The position numbers and the translations under genes were made by a program. Below are positions 11,552 to 20,880 of a stretch of DNA of 64,000 bases, in pieces. This DNA comes from an uncultured delta proteobacterium (GTDB lineage Bacteria; Desulfobacterota; Desulfobacteria; Desulfobacterales; Desulfatirhabdiaceae): contig CAWBKP010000024.1 in NCBI GenBank assembly GCA_963789395.1, positions 32,001 to 96,000 on the forward strand. Reading direction: 5' to 3'. The notes beneath the pieces are model-generated. The model made no database searches, was not told the DNA's origin, and saw nothing but the letters and a program-made list of their open reading frames with translations. Position 1 is the stretch's first letter. Every line of letters starts with the position of its first letter.

Positions 11552-12132
11552 CTATATGCAATTGACATGCCGGAATATGATAAAAAAACATATTTATCAG
11601 CAAATTTAGCAAGCAAGACTTTTCATGTTTGAAAAATCAATTCATAATATCTTATTGAATAAGCATTTAGATGCTGATTGCGTGGTTGGAGTGATTGACT
11701 GATCCATAAGATATTTTTTATTTTAAAAGTTGTAAAACAAACGCAATCGACAAAAAACGTCAATTTTTAAACGATATTTTGACAAAAAGATTTTTTTAGA
11801 TAAAATATTGTAGACTTAAAACGTAGTTATTCATACAGGGTTGATACCAATCTTCTCAAAAATATCTCAAGCTGATAAGTATAACCACTTGTTGGGAAGA
11901 GGGCGCAATGTTTTCTTATAATTGCAGGCCGATTCACCTGCAACCCACCAAGAGATCCGAAGTGATAATGACGCTTCTGAAGCGTATAATCTGTAAGCAA
12001 ACACCGGGCATATCTAAAAATACGTAAATACAAATTATGGTTCAAAGAAATGAAAGTGCCGGATGGAAAAACCACAGGAGAGAATTGATGCGGTTTTCTA
12101 TGATAAGCCAATAGCCAAGGGAGGACAAGAAT

Positions 12133-12831
12133 ATGAACAGATATCAATCAAAGCATGCTGTATGTGTCCTTGCAGTCATGATGATATTGGGGTTGCTCAT
12201 GGATGGTGTCGCAACCGTTAATGCTGAAGACATGACCGAGGCCCAGGGGATTGTGGACAAGTCCAGGATTACGCTTGGTGCATTTTTGCGTGATAAGAAT
12301 TACACCTGGCTCAATGAAAACCTCAAGAATGCCAAAGGAATTCTGATTTATCCTCAAGTTCTCAAGGCTGGTTTTTTTCTTGGCGGTTCCGGCGGCACCG
12401 GTGTGCTTCTTGTCAAGGACAACAATAAAGGGGACTGGAGCCAACCGGCTTTTTATACTGTGGGCGCTGTCAGTTTTGGTCTTCAGATCGGAGGTGAAGC
12501 ATCTGAGACCGTAATCCTTGCAATGACGCAGAAAGCTGTGGATAGCCTTTTCACTTCGTCCTTCAAGCTGGGAGGCGACGCTTCCGTGGCCTTGGGGCCG
12601 GTGGGCGCCGGTGCGAAGTCGGATGTGACAACGGATTTTATCGCTTTCTCAAAAAGCAAGGGAATCTATGGCGGGATAAACCTTGAGGGTTCAGTGGTGG
12701 GTGTGAGGGACAGTCTCAACAAGGCGTACTATGGCAAGGAGGTCAGCCCCGTGCAGATCATTGTTGAGCGAAAGGCCAGCAACAAGGGGTCCTCCAAGCT
12801 ACGTGCTGTTTTGAAGAAGGCAGGGAAGTAG
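12133..12831 (+). CDS. Secreted Ysc84/SYLF lipid-binding domain protein
   Basis: Signal peptide; [40 protein letters not shown]. Confidence 0.9.
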   Translation: MNRYQSKHAVCVLAVMMILGLLMDGVATVNAEDMTEAQGIVDKSRITLGAFLRDKNYTWLNENLKNAKGILIYPQVLKAGFFLGGSGGTGVLLVKDNNKGDWSQPAFYTVGAVSFGLQIGGEASETVILAMTQKAVDSLFTSSFKLGGDASVALGPVGAGAKSDVTTDFIAFSKSKGIYGGINLEGSVVGVRDSLNKAYYGKEVSPVQIIVERKASNKGSSKLRAVLKKAGK

Positions 12832-12902
12832 TATGCAATTTAGAAGTTGAGCGGCAAGAATTGGAGACATCTATAAACCCGAACAATGAAAGAGGTGTTA
12901 CG

Positions 12903-13304
12903 ATGAGTATGATACAAGAATTTAAGAAATTTGCAATGAGAGGCAATGTTGTAGACATGGCGGTGGGTATCATTATGGGAGCCGCCTTTGGAAAAATTGT
13001 ATCTTCTTTCGTCGCTGATGTGATCATGCCTCCGATAGGGCTTCTTATTGGTGGTGTTAATTTTACAAATCTTGCCATCACTATCAAAGATGCGGTAGGA
13101 GAAACTGCTGCGGTCACAATTAATTATGGTAAATTCATTCAAAACATTTTTGATTTTCTTATAATCGCCGTTGCCATTTTCATGGCCATTAAAGCGATGA
13201 ACTCAATAATGAAAAAAGAGGAGGAAGCCCCGGCGCCGCCGCCAGCACCCACAAAGGAAGAATTGCTTCTAACGGAGATACGGGACATTCTGAAACAGAA
13301 ATAA
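12903..13304 (+). CDS. mscL: Large-conductance mechanosensitive channel
   Basis: [30 protein letters not shown]...[18 protein letters not shown] before ATG at 12903. Confidence 0.97.
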   Translation: MSMIQEFKKFAMRGNVVDMAVGIIMGAAFGKIVSSFVADVIMPPIGLLIGGVNFTNLAITIKDAVGETAAVTINYGKFIQNIFDFLIIAVAIFMAIKAMNSIMKKEEEAPAPPPAPTKEELLLTEIRDILKQK

Positions 13305-13429
13305 TTTTATTTCGTATAGCCAATTGGGGTGTCTGGGTTTTTCGCTCCCGGGCCCCGCTTCGCCCTGCAGGTTCGAACTGACCGATTTCAATGAAATCCG
13401 GGGTATCGAGCCAGCTCATTTTCCATTTA

Positions 13430-13457
13430 TTGACACAGGTGGTAGAATCATGATAAT
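13430..13457 (+). promoter_or_regulatory. Candidate sigma70 promoter
   Basis: TTGACA-16 nt-GATAAT upstream of the structured leader and GAF gene. Confidence 0.4.
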
Positions 13458-13608
13458 ATTTAATTAATCAGCTGATGTTATTCTGCTGAGTCCCCCTATA
13501 CACCACATAGAATTGATCAACATATTTTTCAACGGCTTGCAAATTTGATGTCACTGATGATGGCATAAAATCATCCTGTTGTCGCAAATTTATTACTACA
13601 GCCTCAAG

Positions 13609-13687
13609 CGTTCGGCGTAGCCACTAAAGTGCAATGCGGGTTCACTCCCGGAATGAAAAAGTCTGCTTTTTCATAGACAGCCGAACG
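13609..13687 (+). ncRNA. Candidate structured RNA (multi-stem junction), family unknown
   Basis: Closing stem cgttcggc/gccgaacg encloses hairpins cac-taaa-gtg, cggg-ttcact-cccg and atgaaaaag-tctg-ctttttcat. Confidence 0.35.
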
Positions 13688-13856
13688 GGGAGAACTTGCC
13701 TCAAAAAGCATGGAGGATGAAAAATGAACTTGAAAGTGTGTGAATTCAGCTTCCAGCAGAACATTCTACTGGTTGTGCTGGAAGCTTATATCAGCTGAGA
13801 GGAAGCGACCCATGTAACCATACTCCGTTATAACCATCAGCATTCAGGGAGGAGAT

Positions 13857-14468
13857 ATGAAAAAACAGCTTCTGAATTATGAAACCCTGCTTAAAATTAC
13901 AAAGGTCATTTCACATTCCAAAGATCCGGAAGAGGTTGTATTGATGACGGTGGAAGCCATTAAAACGGCATTGGATGTGAAAGGGTGTACGATTTTTTTG
14001 ACCAATCGTGAAACCAACAATCTGGAAATCGCTGCTTCTTATGGTTTAAGCGATGAGTATCTGAACAAGGGGCCGGTTAGCGCATTGCGCTCGATTTCCC
14101 AGTCTCTGGATGAAGGGCCGGTAGCAATTTTCGATGTTACGGATGACCCAAGATTACAATATGCGGAGGCGGCGAAAGCCGAGGGGATCTCATCCATTCT
14201 ATCCGTGCCCATCGTTGCCGCCGGTCGTCCGATTGGTGCATTGCGCGTGTATACATCCGAACCCTGGGAATTCACCCTGGATGATGTCAATTTTGTTCAG
14301 GCAATGGCTTACATGACCGGCATGGCTATCGAAATGGCCAAACATTACAAGGGGATGAAGGATAGTATCGAGGTGTTGAAAACACTCAGAGATCCAAAAA
14401 CATTGAAATCCAGGCGGCGGACACTTTATGAAGGTGTCCCGGTAAGTTTCCCTGCCATGAGAGCTTAG
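13857..14468 (+). CDS. Stand-alone GAF-domain protein
   Basis: AASYGLSDEYLNKGPV, DDPRLQY...EGISSILSVPI...IGALRVY; GGAGGAG RBS. Confidence 0.85.
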   Translation: MKKQLLNYETLLKITKVISHSKDPEEVVLMTVEAIKTALDVKGCTIFLTNRETNNLEIAASYGLSDEYLNKGPVSALRSISQSLDEGPVAIFDVTDDPRLQYAEAAKAEGISSILSVPIVAAGRPIGALRVYTSEPWEFTLDDVNFVQAMAYMTGMAIEMAKHYKGMKDSIEVLKTLRDPKTLKSRRRTLYEGVPVSFPAMRA

Positions 14469-14717
14469 TGAAATGACTTAACCTTTGCGCGATCCGGATT
14501 GATGTCCCATTTTTTCCGATAATCGAAAAGAATAACCGTCCGTATTCAAGTATTGGAGACCATCGTTAAGGCAAACCGGTCTTCCATGAAAAAAAGGGGG
14601 GCCGGTTTGAGTTCATTTAAGAAATTATCAGTAAGAAATGGACAATCTTCACGCGTATTTTTCCATACATTCAGTAACCGGAGTTCATTTCTGTCTGATG
14701 AAACAAGAGGTGCCTCC

Positions 14718-16277
14718 ATGCCATTGGCTAACGGCTGGACAATAGTGTTGATGGACGATGAAGCAGATATACGCGATATCATGACCCTGACACTACAGGA
14801 CTCCGGCTACCGGGTCTTTACAGCGCCGGATGGTCATTCCGGTATCGACCTCTGTGAGCAGATCCATCCTCAGTTGGTCATTACGGATATCCGCATGCCG
14901 GGCATGGATGGCATTCAGGTGTTGCGGGTTTTAAAGGAACGTCTGCCGGAAATCGAGGTCATTGTTGCCACTGCTTTTGGCGAAATGGATCTGGCCATTC
15001 GTGCCCTGCAACTGGATGCCTCCGACTTCATCACCAAGCCCATCAGTGACAGCGCGTTGTTTCTGGCCTTAAATCGCGCCCAGGATCGCTATACTTACCG
15101 AAAACAGATCAAGGATTACACCCGGTTACTCGAAACCGAAAACGCCAGAACCTCCCAGGAACTGGCCGCAACCATCGCCTTCCAGAAAAATTTAATCGAA
15201 AGTTCCATGGATGGTATTCTCGGATGCAATAAAGCCGGAAGGGTGATGATTTATAACAAAGCCATGGAAAGGCTTCTGGGGTATTCCAAGAAGGATGCGC
15301 TCGAGTACCTGAGTCTTGATCAGGTCTTTCCTCCGGATGAACGGAGTCGTTTCAACTCGGTTCTCTCCAGCGAGGCATACGGCGGAAAAAACAGGTTGTT
15401 TCTGCATGAAACCTGCCTGCTTACCAGCTCGGGAAGCCGGATTCCGGTCCAAATATCGGCAGCGGTGCTCGCAGAAGAGAAAACGAGCAGCGGTCTGGTC
15501 TGTTTTATCCGGGATTTAAGAGAGCTCCGGCGCCTGGAGCAGGAAATGTCGGATCAGGCCAGAATCCTCCATCAGGATAAAATGATGTCCCTGGGTCGCC
15601 TGGCTGCCAGTGTTGTCCATGAAATCAACAACCCGCTGGCCGGCATTCTCAACTACATCTGCCTGATGCGCCGGGTCCTGGATCGCGGTCCACTTGCAGC
15701 CGACCACCAGGATAAATTCAGACAGCATCTGGAGCTTGTTGAAAGCGAAACCCGTAGATGTTCACAGATCGTATCGGGCCTGTTGACATTTTCCAGAAAA
15801 TCGCCCGCGTCTTTTGAGCGGGTTCAAGTTGATGACCTGATCAACCGCTGCATTCAGCTGAGCCAGCACAAAATCCAGCTCAGCCGCATTGCTTACACGC
15901 TTTCCATTTCCCCTTCGCTGCCGCCGGTAATTGGAGATTTCAATCAGTTGCAGCAGTGCCTGATCAATCTGCTATTTAACGCCATCGATGCCATGCCGGA
16001 TGGCGGCACCCTTGATATTTCGGCAGATGCGGATTTGCCCGGAACAGAGATCTCTATTCAGGTAAAGGATTCGGGTCCCGGAATTGCGCCAACAGATATT
16101 CCCCATATTTTTGAGCCGTTTTATACAACCAAGAACGAGGGCCATGGGGTAGGGCTCGGGCTTTCAACGGTTTACGGCATCATGGAGCGGCACCACGGCA
16201 GTGTGCAGGTGGAAAGCCGGATCGGGAAAGGAACCACATTCACCCTGAAACTTCCGATCGAAGAGGGGGGGCAATGA
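14718..16277 (+). CDS. Cytoplasmic hybrid sensor kinase (REC-PAS-HisKA-HATPase)
   Basis: DDE...ITDIRMPGMDG...TAF...KP receiver; PAS; HEINNPL H-box; NAIDAM, DSGPGI, GVGLGL; AGAGGT RBS before ATG at 14718. Confidence 0.92.
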   Translation: MPLANGWTIVLMDDEADIRDIMTLTLQDSGYRVFTAPDGHSGIDLCEQIHPQLVITDIRMPGMDGIQVLRVLKERLPEIEVIVATAFGEMDLAIRALQLDASDFITKPISDSALFLALNRAQDRYTYRKQIKDYTRLLETENARTSQELAATIAFQKNLIESSMDGILGCNKAGRVMIYNKAMERLLGYSKKDALEYLSLDQVFPPDERSRFNSVLSSEAYGGKNRLFLHETCLLTSSGSRIPVQISAAVLAEEKTSSGLVCFIRDLRELRRLEQEMSDQARILHQDKMMSLGRLAASVVHEINNPLAGILNYICLMRRVLDRGPLAADHQDKFRQHLELVESETRRCSQIVSGLLTFSRKSPASFERVQVDDLINRCIQLSQHKIQLSRIAYTLSISPSLPPVIGDFNQLQQCLINLLFNAIDAMPDGGTLDISADADLPGTEISIQVKDSGPGIAPTDIPHIFEPFYTTKNEGHGVGLGLSTVYGIMERHHGSVQVESRIGKGTTFTLKLPIEEGGQ

Positions 16278-17996
16278 AGTCCGAACCGCGTCTTTTGGAC
16301 AAACATATTCAAAGCGGCCAATGCCTGAATGTACTGGACGAATTGAACATCGGTGCTCTGATCATCGACAACCAGCGGCGAATGTCTGCGATGAATTGCA
16401 CGGCTCAGGCACTTCTTGGACTGAAGGAAGAGGAAGTTCTCGGCAAGGATTGCCGGGAGGTCTTCTGCGGCGTCCCCTGCATGGTGAAGTGCCTGTTCAA
16501 GGAGGGGGAGGAATGGGATGGAGAGACTTTCCCGGCTGTTTCTGAAAGCAAAGATCCCCAGCAGCTTCCTCACCCGGCTTGCCACGCCCATTTATGACGC
16601 ACGGGGCCGGGTTGCCGGATGTCTGACCATTCTTCAGGATCACTCCCCAATCGTCGATCTCATCAACCGGGTACATTTTGAAGAACGCAGCCTGAAAATG
16701 ATTCTGGAAAATCTGGACATCGGCATTTTTACGGTCAACAAGGGGGGGCACGTCACATTTTTAAATGCTGAAGCAGAAAAAATTACCGGCTACTGCCGCC
16801 AGCAGATTCTGGGGAAGCCCTGTTCAGCCCTGTTTTCTGGAAATGATTCTCGGGATATCTGTTTACTCAAGGATTCCATCGCAGACGGAAAAACCCGAAT
16901 CTTCGACAGCGGTCGAATCACCATCAGCAGCGGGAGGACCATTCCGGTTCGCGCCAGCTATATGGCGCTGCATAACGAAAAAGGCAGTATTGTCGGAGGG
17001 CTTGCCACCTTTCATGATCTGACCGAGGTGAATCAGCTCAAGAAGGCCGTTACCGAGCGCTACACCTTTCAGGACATGATTGGCAAGGACCCCTCCATGC
17101 AGAAAATATTCGAAATGGGCAGGGTCGTTGCCATGAGCGATGCTTCGGTGCTCATCGAAGGTCCCACCGGGACAGGCAAGGATCTTCTGGCCAAAATCAT
17201 TCATTCTATTGGCCGGCGAAGCGCCAAGCCGTTCATAAAAGTCAACTGCGCGGCGCTTCCCGACACGCTTCTGGAATCGGAAATGTTCGGCTATGTCAAA
17301 GGCGCCTTTACCGGGGCGTTTCAAAACAAGCCCGGCCGGTTTCAGCAGGCTGACGGCGGAACGATTTTTCTGGATGAAATCGGCGATCTGCCGCTCTCTC
17401 TACAGGCCAAACTGCTTCGCGTTCTGGAAGACAAGGATTTCTATCCTCTGGGAAGCCGGCATCCCGTAACCGTCGATGTCCGCATAATTTCGGCGACCAA
17501 CCGAGGCCTGGATAAACTGGTTGAGGAGCGGCTGTTTCGTGAAGATCTGTTTTACCGGCTGAATGTAGTGCGCATTGAGCTTCCCGCACTCAAAAACCGC
17601 AAATCGGATATCCCGCTGCTGATTCAGCAAAGCATGGGTCGACTGTGTCCGCCGGACAAAGGCCCGCCTCGCGCCATTTCCGATAAAGCCATGGATATTC
17701 TGCTCAATTATGATTATCCGGGCAATATCCGGGAGCTTGAAAACATTTTGGAACATGCGCTGATCGTCGGCCAGTCCGGATCCATTCTGCCGCATCATTT
17801 GCCGGATTACCTCCAGCAGTTCAGAACCGCCCGTTATCCGTCTGCCCAAAATGAACCGCTTCAGGACGCTGAACACCAAAAAATTATTCAAGCCCTGGAA
17901 ATCCAGAATGGAAACCGGGCGCAAGCCGCAAAATCCCTTCGAATAGACCGCTCCACCCTGTGGCGGAAGATGAAAAAATTCCGCATCCTTTGGTAA
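16274..17996 (+). CDS. Sigma54-dependent activator (PAS-PAS-AAA+-Fis HTH), +1 frameshift near 16567
   Basis: ORF 16274 PAS (Cys-rich) continues in the +1 frame as LTRLATPIYD; GPTGTGKD, ESEMFGYVKGAFTGA, FLDEIG, PGNIREL, RSTLWRKMKK; no receiver domain. Confidence 0.88.
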
Positions 17997-18022
17997 ATAC
18001 CGGAATGAGATAATTGGTTAAT

Positions 18023-18072
18023 TGTGTTGCAGTGTTGCAGGAATGTTGCGCAACATCGTTTTTGATTGCAAC
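18023..18072. promoter_or_regulatory. Candidate upstream activator sequence (TGTTGC/GCAAC repeats)
   Basis: gtgttgcagtgttgcaggaatgttgcgcaaca...ttgcaacg, about 140-180 nt upstream of a -24/-12 site and just after the sigma54 activator gene. Confidence 0.45.
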
Positions 18073-18205
18073 GTAATCGTCCGCTCATGACTGCGTTTTT
18101 CCCCCCTGAAAAATCTGTTTGCTGTGTCCCTAATAAACAAACATTGGCCTGAAAAGGCTTTAGTTCAATCATTTTTGTTAGCACCTGGTTTGGGTGCGTC
18201 ACAAA

Positions 18206-18221
18206 TGGCACATTTCGTGCT
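18206..18221 (+). promoter_or_regulatory. Sigma54 (-24/-12) promoter
   Basis: TGGCAC-ATTTC-GTGCT with exact GG-N10-GC spacing. Confidence 0.65.
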
Positions 18222-18936
18222 TTAAAATGCAATAACCCCGCAAGCGAGGCTGAATTGCTCACGGCCCTCTGCTTAAAATGGTCATTGGGGTTCATAACAG
18301 CAATCAATAAACAACAAATATATCTCCGGCTTCCTTTTTCAAAGTCGGTATCTTGGTCATGTGCAGAAAAACTATCCGATGTTCAAAATCCGGGTAGGCT
18401 GTTCTATCTATTTGAAGCAACAAGTTGCCGCTAAATATCTGACTGATATGAAAACATTAATGCCTCATTCGATTGCGATCATAAGGCATTAAACAAATCC
18501 ACAGTTTCTCATCCAGTTTATTTAAAAAACCTTACCGGCAAGGCGTAATTGCCCATCTGTTCAGCGTCATCGAAACTGATTTCACTTATTTATCGTCAAA
18601 AAATATTGATTTTCTGATTATCGCAAAAAATGGCCTTCAACGGATACGTTGCCACCATGTCATCGGGAAATCCGGTATTGGAGGCTTTGCATTCGACGCG
18701 ATACAGAATTTTTCAATATTCTGAAATCCTGACTTCAACGCAATCATTCAGTTGGAAGTTTCTGTCATTATCAACAATAAGCCCTGTGTGTCACTTGAAA
18801 CCGGTTTCCGTGATGTTTCAGCGGTTGCTTTGGGGAGATTAAATCAGGGCGGCGAGGATATCTGAAGGGGGTGGTGTACGGATACCCGTTAATTCCCGGA
18901 TTATTGCAAAATCAACCATTTTCGAAAGGAGAGAGT

Positions 18937-20102
18937 ATGAAAGCGATAGCAATTTGTAAGGGATGTGTTGCGGGTCTGGCTTCGATATTCGTCTGCGTGA
19001 CCGTGATTGCTTTTGCGGGAGGCAGGCCCAGCCAAGAAACCGCCGGAAACAACCTTTCCTATCCGGTTATCTGGGCTGAGGGGGTGACTAAAACGCTTCC
19101 AGGCACAGCTGGCATGGATCCAAAACGGGATGGTGAGTGGTGGTATCAGTGGGGCACCAACGGCATCGATCCGAACATTACCCCGGCAAGCTGCAGGCCG
19201 GATCCGGACAATTCTGATTATTGTGATGATGGCGTAGCAGGCTCATGGGATTCATCTGCTGATCCACTCTATCTACCGGCGCAAAATCTTCTGCCTCTGG
19301 CGAAAGCATACCTTCAGAAGGATCCGGGTAATGTCTGGCAGGCCGGTTCCGCGGATTGGAGGGATTCCCCCGTTATTGTAGACGGGATCGATTGGGGTGA
19401 CAACCTGGAGTCTATGGACTGGTACACAAAATCCCAGGTGCGGATCGAGGTAGTGCTACTAAAAGATCTGAAGCCGGAGCAAAGTATGTGTGTATACGAG
19501 ATGCGGCACGTGTCAGGTTGGGGCATCGACGAGGTTCACGGGCTTGCCACATCTCCCGAAACAGGCCAAGTGAATCAGGAAGATGGTTTGAGTGCCACTG
19601 TCTACTCGCATTGCGCCCGGCTGACCATCCAGAAGCTGATGGTGAAACGAGACAATGAACAGCTTTCAGCACTCCAATGGAAGCCAGAATGCGGGTGGTA
19701 TGATTTTGGGGACAATCTGATCAATGCCCCTATTTTCAATAAAGCCGTTTACGAGGCTGGTGACGGCCCCGGCTACTATAACGCTGAAATCAACGTCAAG
19801 GGTCGTATTATCTACGGCTATACATGGAATGTAAGGCTACTTAACGATGGGCCGGGGGATTACCGCATCACGTTCAGCTTCGACGAGAGTTGCGGAACAT
19901 CGAGCCTTCACTCAACACATTTTTTGTCAAAGATACAACAAATATAATCAAGCCCTCTGAAGAAGAGCTCATTGCAGCGGCCATTGCATCTGAAACTGAG
20001 GCCGCTGAAGGCGGTGGTACCGCTGCGGTTAATTGGGATGATAATCTGACCTATATCGATGTGCGCATCCTTGAGCGCGGCGGTGGCGGAAAAAGACGAT
20101 AA
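18937..20102 (+). CDS. Secreted hypothetical protein, frameshift near 19905
   Basis: AAAGGAG RBS, signal peptide, Trp/Asp/Gly-rich body; reading continues in ORF 19890..20102 (LNTFFV...NLTYIDVRILERGGGGKRR*). Confidence 0.7.
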
Positions 20103-20200
20103 ATTAAGTTGCTAATATAAATATCCTATTTCTGTCTGGGGTTCGACAATTCACACATCCGCCATTTCCTCGATTTGACAGGTAATTTCATGTGGAATTT

Positions 20201-20235
20201 TCCGACTCAAGGCGCCACGGTTGCCTTGAGTCGGA
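20201..20235. terminator. Perfect 13-bp hairpin (terminator or REP)
   Basis: tccgactcaaggc-9 nt-gccttgagtcgga. Confidence 0.5.
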
Positions 20236-20460
20236 TAGGGTCTGCACTGCCGTTTAATTCTCGGTAGCATTTCAAGAACGCCGCCAAAAGCAAAGTTTGC
20301 GCTATCATCGAGTTGTTGCATATCGCCCAACATTTAGACGGTCAAGTTTGTTAACAATATATACTGTTCGGTCTTCTTCCTATGTTTTTTATGGCTTCAT
20401 TCTTCAACCGGCACACCATGGCGATTGTCTGTCCGACCCATATTTTCATCAGGAGCTATT

Positions 20461-20880
20461 GTGAACATACACCCGGCTCAGCCTTACATATTAGTGATTG
20501 ACGAGGATGACAATATGCGGTTTTTTCTGATCAATGTTCTGAAGACTGCCGGATTTAAAGTGACCGGGGTCGGTAAAGGATCGGAAGGGATTTTATCCGC
20601 AAAGGAGAAGTCTCCGGCCGTCATCATTTTGAATGTCATCATGCCGGATGAAGAAGCCCTATTCCTCTACGGTTGCTTCAGGCATGACGAATGCCTCAGA
20701 CACATTCCAGTCATCATGCTTTCCGGAATCGACCAGAAGACCTTCTTTCACTATCAGAAATATCAAGGGGCGCAGGCCCACGGCATTCCTTTTCCAGACG
20801 CCTATCTGGAAAACCCCCCTGAGGCGGAAGATCTGGTTAATACCGTTCGCAGACTGATTGGAAAAAAGGAAACGCCATGA
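20461..20880 (+). CDS. Single-domain atypical (pseudo-)receiver protein
   Basis: Receiver fold (ILVIDED, IPVIMLSG), but IILNVIMP replaces the phospho-Asp and YLENP replaces the conserved Lys; AGGAG RBS before GTG at 20461; ATGA overlap with hdrA. Confidence 0.8.
   Translation: MNIHPAQPYILVIDEDDNMRFFLINVLKTAGFKVTGVGKGSEGILSAKEKSPAVIILNVIMPDEEALFLYGCFRHDECLRHIPVIMLSGIDQKTFFHYQKYQGAQAHGIPFPDAYLENPPEAEDLVNTVRRLIGKKETP

Noticed and set aside
13636..13651. tRNA gene suggested by a T-arm-like GCGGGTTCACTCCCG
   Set aside because: The loop is 6 nt, the arm order is wrong, and there is no anticodon arm, acceptor stem or CCA in the expected places.
20409..20423. Sigma54 promoter CGGCAC...GGCG before the hdr operon
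   Set aside because: GG-GC spacing is one base short of the strict requirement.
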